A stretch of DNA of 64,000 nt. Origin: a plasmid. Where the stretch lies: the sequence record NZ_CP118990.1, one strand, 5' to 3'. Shown piece by piece: positions 1 through 7,838 of the stretch; position 1 is the stretch's first letter; every line of letters begins with the position of its first letter. A program made the translations under genes and the position numbers. Below the pieces are notes generated by a model. It saw only the letters and a program-made list of their open reading frames with translations. It was not told where the DNA came from and did not search any database.

Positions 1-459
1 GCCCAGAACGAAAAAATCCAGCAACCCCTTTATCAGGTAGGGATTCCCCAATCCATCGAACACTGCAAAAGGGGCTTGGTAAGCGGGCATCTCCCGCAAG
101 CGTCGTTTGGTCGGTCCTCCCTTGAGCTTGATCTTCACATAGCGTCCTTTGCCGTTGGGGGCAAACATCGCCGGAGATAGTTTCTCGGGAGTATGCCGAT
201 CTGCTCTGACGTAGCTGCCGACAGTCAAGCCAACGGCCATCGTGACACCGAATCTCATTGCCGAGGCATGGAAGACACCAAGTTGGTCGTTATAGAGAAG
301 GTAGTTGCTCATTTCCTGCAAGAGTTCTTCCCTGCTGGCAAGTGGGGAGCGCTGGCTCAGAGCCTCAAAAACCAAAGCATCAAGAGTTGGGGGGTAGTCA
401 GTTAATACCACCGGGGTCTTTAACGACATGACCAGGCGAAAGGGTTCAAATTCGAACAT
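1..459 (-). CDS. Partial cas-operon gene running off the window edge; candidate type IV Cas7/Csf2-like (or Cas5/Csf3-like) subunit
   Basis: Minus-strand ORF open to position 1. Its ATG (457-459) overlaps the dinG stop codon (459-461) as TGATG, i.e. translational coupling. GGAGG lies about 11 nt upstream. N-terminus MFEFEPFRLVMSLKTPVVLTD. Family assignment is inference from operon context only. Confidence 0.35.
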   Translation of the reverse strand, partial: MFEFEPFRLVMSLKTPVVLTDYPPTLDALVFEALSQRSPLASREELLQEMSNYLLYNDQLGVFHASAMRFGVTMAVGLTVGSYVRADRHTPEKLSPAMFAPNGKGRYVKIKLKGGPTKRRLREMPAYQAPFAVFDGLGNPYLIKGLLDFFVLG

Positions 460-2408
460 CAGAAGTAAACCTCCAATGGAGTTGCAGGTGATTGCTCGCC
501 GTCAGTTAACAGCCCTTTGGCCTGCCGGTACTGTTGCAGAAACCGAACGGGAATGATGTTTCGCAGGATGGCGTGTTTGGACGACAAATCGTGAGACAGT
601 GGGAAACGGGGATCGAGAATATCGACTTCAATGCAATCGTCAGGTGAACGGATCCCGCGGCCAATGGCTTGTCGCATCAACCGAATAACGGCGTTTTGAG
701 TACGCATATACTCCTGCTTGTAGAGCTGTTTACTCAGGTCAGTCTTCTTGGTCTTCTTGTAGAAACTTACCAACGCTTCGACTTCGGAAGTGCGTGGTTG
801 GCCGTAGGCAATTCGAGTGATCATCAGGCGATCGAATCCAACTGAGCCAGCGTCATCGGTGATATTGAGCCCGGTATGGCCCGCAGCGGTGATCATTACT
901 CCCCGGCCATGATGTCTGCATACCTTCTTGAACTCTTCAATCAATGATTTGAGTGGGGTGCCACGCTGGTGGACCAGCACCTGCCGATGCTCAATTTGAG
1001 CCAAAACTGCGGCCAATTTACGGCTCTCTTCATGTGAAGCTGTCAGCACAACCACCCGTCCGCATCGGTTGGTGATCTGATGTGCGACTGCTTGCAACCA
1101 TTTTTCAGAAAGGGCAGGGGCATTCCCCTCAGAGGACGGTCTTGAGTAGATAGCCGGGAACGAGGGGCCCGCCAGAGTCAGGGTCATGCTCCCATATTTT
1201 TTCGGGGAGAAAAGGGCAATGGCGCCGAGCATGGTGTCATCAATACCAAGTTCCATTCGCAACGAAGTGGTACCATTCACTGGCTCAGGCGTGATACTCA
1301 GTGTGCCGGAGGTGAGGAGAACAGACTCAAAAGCTGAGGTCGCGTATTTCCCGAAGAACCGAACAAACCACGGGGAGAGTGAGACGATGGCCGGTTCCCG
1401 GCGTATCAGTGAAACGCCGATCCCCATGGACGAGGTTTGCATCATCAGGAGCTGCTGCTGCAAAGATGTTGAGACATCCTTATCCAGGTTATTCAACCGG
1501 CAAATCTTCTCGATCTTTCCAATGGTGGCCCGCGCCAGTTCCGCCAGCTCGGTATCCCAGGCATATTGCTGCATCCCCAGCCGCTCTTGGATTGTCTTAA
1601 TTGAATTAGCAAGAGGGGCTAATTGCCGAGCTGATAGTTGCTCGCCCAACTGGGAGGCGACACGAACAAGATTCAGGCGCCGCTGAGTCCATTCTTGCAA
1701 CCGATTCACCAGGGCATCAGCTTCATCAACAATCAGCACTGTCGGCCGTGACTTATCGGCCAAAAGCGCATTATTTCGCAGCATGTCTACTGCGATCATG
1801 GCATGAGTTGTGACCACGATGTCGCATTTAGATTCAGCCTGTTGCTGTTCGTCAAATGCCTCATTTTCACACTCAGCCGTCAGGCAAATTTGAGAGGCCA
1901 ACAAGTCGCAGGGGAGTCCGCCAAACTCATCCTCAAATTCTGCAATCGTCCCTGACCAGTCACGCAAAGTAGCCACTTCGCGCTCCTCTAGGGCTGACAG
2001 AGAGCGGTTGGTGAGGGCAATATTGATCCGCTTTGGCGATACGAAATTGACCCGTCCGAGAAGACGGCCGATAGACAACGGTCTATGTCCATAATGACGG
2101 GCGACTTTGGTCAGCAGCACACTGTCTTTTTCGAGAAGTTGTTGCATCAGTGCGTGGCTGTGTGTTGCGACGATAACCCGAGGGCGACGTGGGTCGCAGA
2201 GTGCAAACTGCATGGCTGGCAAGAGATAGCCCAGCGACTTTCCGAGGCCGGTGTCAGCGTGAAGAAGCGATATTTTCCCGGTGTCAGCCAGCACTTGCTC
2301 AATCATTAGCGCATATTGGGTCTGCTCATCCCGAGCGATGAGGCCGCCAGCGGCCATCAGCTCTCCGAACTTGGCTGTGTGGATCCCGTCCTCTGGCAAG
2401 GGGCTCAT
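459..2408 (-). CDS. csf4: CRISPR-associated DinG/Csf4 helicase (SF2, Rad3/XPD-like) of a type IV-A system
   Basis: 649 aa. Walker A-like LHADTGLGKS, DEAD-like VLIVDEAD, helicase motifs V/VI near C-terminus (ITAAGHTG..., GRGIRSPDD). Overlaps cas6 by 4 bp. CRISPR array nearby. Confidence 0.85.
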   Translation of the reverse strand: MSPLPEDGIHTAKFGELMAAGGLIARDEQTQYALMIEQVLADTGKISLLHADTGLGKSLGYLLPAMQFALCDPRRPRVIVATHSHALMQQLLEKDSVLLTKVARHYGHRPLSIGRLLGRVNFVSPKRINIALTNRSLSALEEREVATLRDWSGTIAEFEDEFGGLPCDLLASQICLTAECENEAFDEQQQAESKCDIVVTTHAMIAVDMLRNNALLADKSRPTVLIVDEADALVNRLQEWTQRRLNLVRVASQLGEQLSARQLAPLANSIKTIQERLGMQQYAWDTELAELARATIGKIEKICRLNNLDKDVSTSLQQQLLMMQTSSMGIGVSLIRREPAIVSLSPWFVRFFGKYATSAFESVLLTSGTLSITPEPVNGTTSLRMELGIDDTMLGAIALFSPKKYGSMTLTLAGPSFPAIYSRPSSEGNAPALSEKWLQAVAHQITNRCGRVVVLTASHEESRKLAAVLAQIEHRQVLVHQRGTPLKSLIEEFKKVCRHHGRGVMITAAGHTGLNITDDAGSVGFDRLMITRIAYGQPRTSEVEALVSFYKKTKKTDLSKQLYKQEYMRTQNAVIRLMRQAIGRGIRSPDDCIEVDILDPRFPLSHDLSSKHAILRNIIPVRFLQQYRQAKGLLTDGEQSPATPLEVYF

Positions 2409-2977
2409 AACACCTCCAGGTTCGACAACTGGCCGTAGCCAAATACCCGCTTACGGCCAATGCCATAAACAACAGCCTGCTCGGCCAGCGCAACATCCTT
2501 GATCTCAGCAACGACACTGACCGGGTTGCACTGGAGGGTGAAGCTCTGTTTTTTCTTGAGGTAGCGCTCCAGGTAGGGGCTGTTGGCTGAGTGGCTCTGG
2601 AGCGAGAGTCCTGCCCCTTCGCACTGCCTGGCTAGAACATCAGGCAAGATGGCCATCGGCAGATTCATCGACCGTTTTTTGGTGGTGCCTGGGATCGGAT
2701 GCTTGATTGGGAAGCAGAAGTTGAGGTTGAACATGACTGCATCTGCCACGTTCAGTTCAAGTTGTACGGCTTGTTCGCCAGCTAGGCCAAGTTGCGTTGC
2801 CGATCGCAAGTAGATAACGGTTGTGTTGGGCTCATGAGGGTGAGCAATCCGCCGCCAGCTATAGGGGACTTTACAGCGCAATGTCTCCTGTACCAAATAA
2901 TCAAGACGCTGGTGGACCAGATACGGAAGAGACGGGTCAGTTTCACGCAGTTTGAGGGTGTTTTCATAGTAAATCAT
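2405..2977 (-). CDS. cas6: Cas6-family crRNA endoribonuclease (Csf5/Cas6e-like)
   Basis: 190 aa. C-terminal glycine-rich loop GIGRKRVFGYG matches the Cas6 GhGxxxxxGhG signature. 4-bp overlaps with both neighbours (operon). Confidence 0.7.
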   Translation of the reverse strand: MIYYENTLKLRETDPSLPYLVHQRLDYLVQETLRCKVPYSWRRIAHPHEPNTTVIYLRSATQLGLAGEQAVQLELNVADAVMFNLNFCFPIKHPIPGTTKKRSMNLPMAILPDVLARQCEGAGLSLQSHSANSPYLERYLKKKQSFTLQCNPVSVVAEIKDVALAEQAVVYGIGRKRVFGYGQLSNLEVL

Positions 2978-3810
2978 TGGAGCTTGTCCGCGATGTGAAT
3001 CAGCTTGAGGCGCTGGTGGGGGTCCGCCGGTAAAGTGCGAAATATCGTGCCGAACGATGGTTTTTTGCTGATCTGTTCACTGGCCTGCTGGGGGGTAATG
3101 CGTCCGTTCGAGAGGCCAACGACTAACTTATTGAAGGCGTTGCGTTCCTGACTTGTTAGTGTGTTGAGCCCCCCTGATAGCCGCATGGCCGCATCCAGAT
3201 TAACCGTGCATTCGACTCGGGTAACTGAATCCATACCGGCGTCACTACAGCAGTAGAGCGCCTGCGGTGACAGAGATATGGTCAACCCTCGCATAAGCGC
3301 CGCGGTTTTACGTCCGAAAGATTCGATGTATAGCAGAGGGAATTTTGCATTCTCTGCGATCCATGGCAGGTGACCACCAACGGTAATCTTCACCACATCG
3401 ACGTGCTCTAAAAATGATGCAGGGAACTTGTCATACACCCCTGGTGGGGCTAGGAGCGTTGAACGCTGAGGCTTACCTGGGACATCTGCAATTTCGTGCA
3501 CCCAACCGACACCACTCATCATTCCAAAGCGCTGGCCCACCTTCTTGTCGCTTTTCCCGGCAGTTCGCTCATTACCCATGATGTTGGGGTCGGTCACAAA
3601 CATGGCCTGGCAAGGAGCACAGTGGTTGAACGGCGTTTTATAGCTATCCAGACCTTGATAACCCACACGGTCAAACGAGCTTGCAGGGCGCTTGCAGCAA
3701 GAACATGCCGCACCAGTCTTTACAGCTTCTCCCAAGGCTGGAGCCAAAATATGGGTGAGGTTGGCATAAAGAAGATCAATTGGATGTTGCACGTCACCTC
3801 CGAGAAACAT
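2974..3810 (-). CDS. csf1: Type IV effector-complex subunit, candidate Csf1 (Cas8-like large subunit with zinc finger)
   Basis: 278 aa. N-terminal CxCC...CxxC (CSCCKRP...HCAPCQ) as expected for the Csf1 zinc finger. First gene of the minus-strand operon. Identity is inference; could alternatively be Cas5/Csf3. Confidence 0.45.
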   Translation of the reverse strand: MFLGGDVQHPIDLLYANLTHILAPALGEAVKTGAACSCCKRPASSFDRVGYQGLDSYKTPFNHCAPCQAMFVTDPNIMGNERTAGKSDKKVGQRFGMMSGVGWVHEIADVPGKPQRSTLLAPPGVYDKFPASFLEHVDVVKITVGGHLPWIAENAKFPLLYIESFGRKTAALMRGLTISLSPQALYCCSDAGMDSVTRVECTVNLDAAMRLSGGLNTLTSQERNAFNKLVVGLSNGRITPQQASEQISKKPSFGTIFRTLPADPHQRLKLIHIADKLQ

Positions 3811-3930
3811 TCTGAAACAGTTTCACATAAGATAATAGATTTCTTTTTTTTGTAAAGAGGCAGGTCCTTGATAATCGACCGTTTTTAGTGGCCTGGTAGA
3901 AACGGGTGCTGTATAAGCTAAAACCTCGGT

Positions 3931-4055
3931 ATGCCGCCCTTTGGCGGGGGTTAGCGGTTTGAGCCAGCGCAAAAACAAGCCAGAGCAGAGCCATGCTGGA
4001 GTGCCTCCCAGTGGCGGGGGTTAACAGATGAATGGCAACCTCTGGGGTTGAACGG
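3931..4055 (+). repeat. Degenerate CRISPR-repeat-like motifs (orphan mini-array relic) in the intergenic/promoter region upstream of csf1
   Basis: ccgccctttggcgggggttagcgg (3931-3957), cctcccagtggcgggggttaacag (4001-4027) and a weaker ctctggggttgaacgg (4038-4055). Compare the array consensus ccccgcaggcgggggttaacgg at 6955-7650. Same polarity as the main array. Confidence 0.5.
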
Positions 4056-4097
4056 AGGTAAAGCTCCGGGGGCCATAGCCCCTATGTTGGGAGCGCC

Positions 4098-4817
4098 ATG
4101 TTCAGTGACATTTTACCAACGGAACAAAGTTCTGGTGTTATTTCAGGGGGAAGTATGAAGGGTAATATAATTTCATGGAAAGATGAAAAAGGCTTCGGCT
4201 TTATAAAAAATGATGAGAATGGCGAACATATATTTTTTCATATATCGAGCGTTATAAAAGGGACGAGGCAGCCTATTGTTGGTGATGCAGTTACATTTGA
4301 TGTAGGGGTTGATTCCAGCAACCGAAAAAAAGCAAAAGATATTTTTATTGAAGGGGTGTCATTTACCAATATCCCAAGGCGAGTATTTACGGAAAAGGTT
4401 AAGCGCGACCGTTTCGATTATTATTGTTACGTCGCGATAGTGTTATCAGTGGCAATAACACTCGCTGTGTATATTAAAATGGGGCAGCCTCGACTGGCAT
4501 TATTTCCCGCCGCCGTTGCTATAATGCTGTTTTTGTATATCTCCGTCCGTACTAAAAAACCTGCAAATGACATATTCTCATGCGGGAAATGCTCATCAGT
4601 GGTTAGACATGACGCAAGAACCATTCGGGCATGGAATAAGGGTGCGTGTAAATTATATTGCAGAACCTGCAATCAGAACTGGCATCGTGAAAAGCCACAA
4701 AGGGATAGCACTAAAAAATATAATCGCCCTCAGAAGTCTGGATGTCTAGGGGTATTATTATTTATAACATTCGTGCCGGTATTTTTAATTTCAAGCATCA
4801 TCACCTTACTGGTGTAG
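4098..4817 (+). CDS. Cold-shock-domain (CspA-like) protein fused to a C-terminal membrane / Cys-rich zinc-ribbon region
   Basis: N-terminus KGNIISWKDEKGFGFIK...HIFFHISSV carries the CSD RNP1/RNP2-like motifs. Two hydrophobic helices (YYCYVAIVLSVAITLAVYI, ALFPAAVAIMLFLYI). CGKC...CRTC motif. Locally AT-rich. Confidence 0.6.
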   Translation: MFSDILPTEQSSGVISGGSMKGNIISWKDEKGFGFIKNDENGEHIFFHISSVIKGTRQPIVGDAVTFDVGVDSSNRKKAKDIFIEGVSFTNIPRRVFTEKVKRDRFDYYCYVAIVLSVAITLAVYIKMGQPRLALFPAAVAIMLFLYISVRTKKPANDIFSCGKCSSVVRHDARTIRAWNKGACKLYCRTCNQNWHREKPQRDSTKKYNRPQKSGCLGVLLFITFVPVFLISSIITLLV

Positions 4818-4969
4818 AAAGAAATGTTGAAGCCTTGTTGCCTGGACTATTAACTGAATGAGCCTCATCATAATCATGGGTGAGGCTTTTTTAATGGCCC
4901 GATAAAGGGCGAAAAGTGTCGCTCTCAAATTGCCACGCACTGACCGCGTTTCCCAAGTCGATGACACTG

Positions 4970-5105
4970 AATAGTGTACAAACTTTATTATGCAAGTGAC
5001 TGATCTGTAGTGTCCGTTGTGTACAAACTTTACTGTCCGAGTCACCGCTACGCCGTGTTTGCTGCGTACAAACTTCATTGTCACTGTACTGCTTGCGCAG
5101 CCTAA
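4970..5105 (+). repeat. Three direct iteron-like repeats with exact 45-bp phasing (core GTACAAACTT)
   Basis: Cores at 4976, 5021 and 5066. Units: tagtGTACAAACTTtatt, ttgtGTACAAACTTtact, ctgcGTACAAACTTcatt. Confidence 0.6.
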
Positions 5106-5288
5106 CGGCGCCTGCGGCCACAGTACAGACAACCCCGCATTGCGTACTTCTCCATGCCCTCCTTCACACACAGAGGCTCAAGCGTGTCTCTGTGTGTCTC
5201 TACTTATTAAAATGATTCTTTGAAAAAGTAGTGTTTATAAAATAGGATAGTTGGCAGGAAAGTCCTTCATTTTTCACGGAGAGAACGC

Positions 5289-5819
5289 ATGAGAGAGGTG
5301 CACTTCATTAGCCAGGTCGAGGCCGAAAAACTGGCGCCGGTTGCCGGTGCGGCGATGATCTCGATCACCGACCCGGACAAACCGGAGGCGGCCCTGGGAG
5401 ATTGGCAACTCTTGTATCGGGACAGCTTTTACGATGGTGGCTACAGTGAGGACACCATCCGTACCATGAAAGGGTCTTTTCGGATGAGCTACGCATCCTA
5501 CATTGACTCCCATCAGGCGAAGAACCTATCCAACTACATCGATGAGCTGGTGCAGAGCGGCATCAGCCAGATCTTTGTTCACTGCTACTACGGGGAATCC
5601 CGAAGTGGCGCGATTGCTTTGTATCTGTGCAACAAACATGGATTCACCTCGAACAAGCCCATCACCAAGCCTAACAGGACGGTCTACGATCTCCTCTGCT
5701 CCCCTTTGAAATATGAAGCACTGATACAGAGTTACGAAACACAAGATGCTGCGCCTACCGAGAGTATCTACACCAAGATATGGGATTTATTGCTCGTGGC
5801 TATCGGTGTTAGGAGGTAA
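5289..5819 (+). CDS. Cys-based protein phosphatase-like protein (CX5R P-loop)
   Basis: 176 aa. VHCYYGESRSGA matches the HCxxGxxR(S/T) signature of the PTP/DUSP superfamily. Confidence 0.45.
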   Translation: MREVHFISQVEAEKLAPVAGAAMISITDPDKPEAALGDWQLLYRDSFYDGGYSEDTIRTMKGSFRMSYASYIDSHQAKNLSNYIDELVQSGISQIFVHCYYGESRSGAIALYLCNKHGFTSNKPITKPNRTVYDLLCSPLKYEALIQSYETQDAAPTESIYTKIWDLLLVAIGVRR

Positions 5820-5821
5820 CT

Positions 5822-6826
5822 TTGCACCAACGGAACAACCGCGACACCACTGAACTTTCACACGCGAAAGTCATTGTCTTGCCAGAACAAACCTCAGGTG
5901 GAGGCCTCCCGCAAGTCACCGGGGGGCTCAGAAGCGCACAAGATAATCCGGCAGTTGCATACCTGATCAGCCTTGGCTCCAGGCGCAGTCGGCAAACCAT
6001 GGGCTCATTTCTCAGCATTGTTGCTCGGATGATCGGGTACCAAAACCTGCGTGATTGCGCGTGGGAGTCGATGCGGCGGCATCATGTCCAAGCTGTGATC
6101 CAAATGCTCAGTGACTCTGACCGAGCGCCAGCTACGATCAATACCTACCTGGCAGCGCTGAAAGGAGTTGCCCTGGAAGCGTGGACAATGAAGCTGATTG
6201 ATACCGACAGTTACCAGCATATCAAGCAGGTGCGTTCGGTGAGAGGCTCTCGTTTACCCAACGGGCGGGCCCTCGAAAAGCACGAGGTCAGAGCCCTTTA
6301 TTTCACATGTGAAAACGATCGGAGCTCCAAAGGGCTGCGTGACGCAGCCATCCTTGCTGTTTTAGTCGGGTGCGGACTTCGGCGCTCAGAGGTTGTCGCC
6401 CTCGATATGGAATGTGTCATCACCAGGGATCAGGCACTTCGTGTGCTCGGTAAGGGCAATAAAGAACGCATCGCCTATGTGCCTGACGGGGCATGGCAGC
6501 GGCTTATGCGGTGGGTGGAGGAGGTTCGTGGTGATCAGCCGGGATCGCTGTTTCAGCGGATCAGGCGGTTTGATGATGTCACCGCCGACAGAATGACTGA
6601 CCAGGCTATCTATCACATTCTTGAAACGAGAAGGATTGAGGCGGGGCTGGAAAAATTCGCTCCTCATGATCTCCGCAGAACCTTTGCATCGGCCATGCTG
6701 GATAATGGCGAGGACATCATCACGGTCAAGGATGCGATGGGCCATGCCAGTGTCACGACCACGCAGAAGTATGATCGTCGGGGAGATGAGCGATTGAAAC
6801 AGGCCAGTCGGCGACTCGATTTTTGA
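5822..6826 (+). CDS. Tyrosine site-specific recombinase (phage integrase family, XerC/XerD-like)
   Basis: C-terminal catalytic motifs: VGCGLRRSEVVALD, GKGNKERIAYVP, HDLRRTFAS, GHASVTTTQKY. The true start may be an internal Met (e.g. MGSFLSIV). Confidence 0.8.
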   Translation: MHQRNNRDTTELSHAKVIVLPEQTSGGGLPQVTGGLRSAQDNPAVAYLISLGSRRSRQTMGSFLSIVARMIGYQNLRDCAWESMRRHHVQAVIQMLSDSDRAPATINTYLAALKGVALEAWTMKLIDTDSYQHIKQVRSVRGSRLPNGRALEKHEVRALYFTCENDRSSKGLRDAAILAVLVGCGLRRSEVVALDMECVITRDQALRVLGKGNKERIAYVPDGAWQRLMRWVEEVRGDQPGSLFQRIRRFDDVTADRMTDQAIYHILETRRIEAGLEKFAPHDLRRTFASAMLDNGEDIITVKDAMGHASVTTTQKYDRRGDERLKQASRRLDF

Positions 6827-6829
6827 GTC

Positions 6830-6954
6830 GGAAGACCAATGTTAATCAGTTGCGCACTCAGAATTTAAGAGGTAAATTTCAGCCACCAATCCTCAAGTGT
6901 GCGAACATCGCTGAACGTGACCTAATCTTGATGGTAATTGTTGACTTGGTAAGT
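6830..6954 (+). promoter_or_regulatory. Putative CRISPR leader
   Basis: About 125-bp AT-richer segment directly 5' of the first repeat. Polarity inferred from the repeat orientation (stem then TTAACGG 3' handle) and from the degenerate terminal repeat at the other end. Confidence 0.4.
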
Positions 6955-7650
6955 ATCGCCCCCCCGCAGGTGGGGGTTAACGGGCGTGTAAAGCGTCCAA
7001 CGTGACTTACAGAAAATCGCCCCCCCGCAGGTGGGGGTTAACGGAGTGGATGCATTTGCTGACTTCCACCGATGAATCGTCCCCCGTGCCTGGGGGTTAA
7101 CGGTACTCGGCCTGGCACAACATGGACCTCACCCGATTTCTCCCCCGCAGCTGGGGGTTAACGCCGCGAGGGGAGCTGTTGCTATAGCGGGAATGAATCC
7201 CCCACCGCAGGCGGGGGTTAACGGCGTCAGCACATCACACAGCTATTGAGCACCAGATCGATCCCCCGCAGGCGGGGGTTAACGGTTTTCGATGATGTCG
7301 GTGGCGTTTGCCATCATATCGCCCCCCGCAGGCGGGGGTTAACGGACGCTGATAACGCATATCGACGACGGATTTGAATCACCCCCCCGCAGGCGGGGGT
7401 TAACGGCCCGCGGGATAGAGAAGTGGTGCCATCAGCGCATCTCTCCCCCGAGCCTGGGGGTTAACGGTGCCCTTTTTGTGCACAAACAAAAAAATCAAAA
7501 TCCATCCCCCTGTTACGGGGGTTAACGAAGCGGGACGTCGTGGTGCTGTGCTGCGGCTGCATCTCCCCCCAGCAGGCGGGGGTTAACGTTAGCTTCACAC
7601 CAGGCCTTGATAGCATCGCCGATCTATCCCTCGCGACTGGGGGTTATCGG
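6955..7650 (+). CRISPR. CRISPR array: 12 repeats of 29 bp (consensus ATCGCCCCCCGCAGGCGGGGGTTAACGG) and 11 spacers of 31-33 bp
   Basis: Period 61 bp. Repeat starts near 6955, 7016, 7076, 7137, 7198, 7259, 7320, 7381, 7442, 7503, 7564, 7622. Palindromic stem CCCCCGC/GCGGGGG. Many repeats carry substitutions that keep stem pairing. Terminal repeat is degenerate (GGGGGTTATCGG). Confidence 0.9.
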
Positions 7651-7657
7651 GAGGAAG

Positions 7658-7834
7658 CATGGCACAACAGAACGTTTTCCTTCTTCGATTGAGGGTTATG
7701 CGCGAAATGGCCGCCGACACCGACTCGGTGATCTCTGCCGTCACGGCCGAGCTGCCAGTCGGTTTCCCTGAGCACATTAGCAAGGCCATTTTTTCTGGGT
7801 TGTCGGCTCAAGCAGCCAAGCTTCTGAGAGGGTG
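7658..7834 (+). CDS. Small ORF (58 aa) whose start lies inside the terminal CRISPR repeat
   Basis: ATG at 7658 is preceded by GGGAGG formed from the last repeat. Below the 60-aa cutoff of the ORF track. Stop is 4 bp before the next ORF. Speculative. Confidence 0.3.
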
Positions 7835-7838
7835 AGAA

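Noticed and set aside
193-405. 70-aa plus-strand ORF at window start
   Set aside because: Lies antisense within the translationally coupled partial cas-operon gene. No RBS or motif.
6955-7650. HpaI site GTTAAC present in every CRISPR repeat
   Set aside because: It is part of the repeat consensus (GGGGGTTAACGG), not an independent feature.
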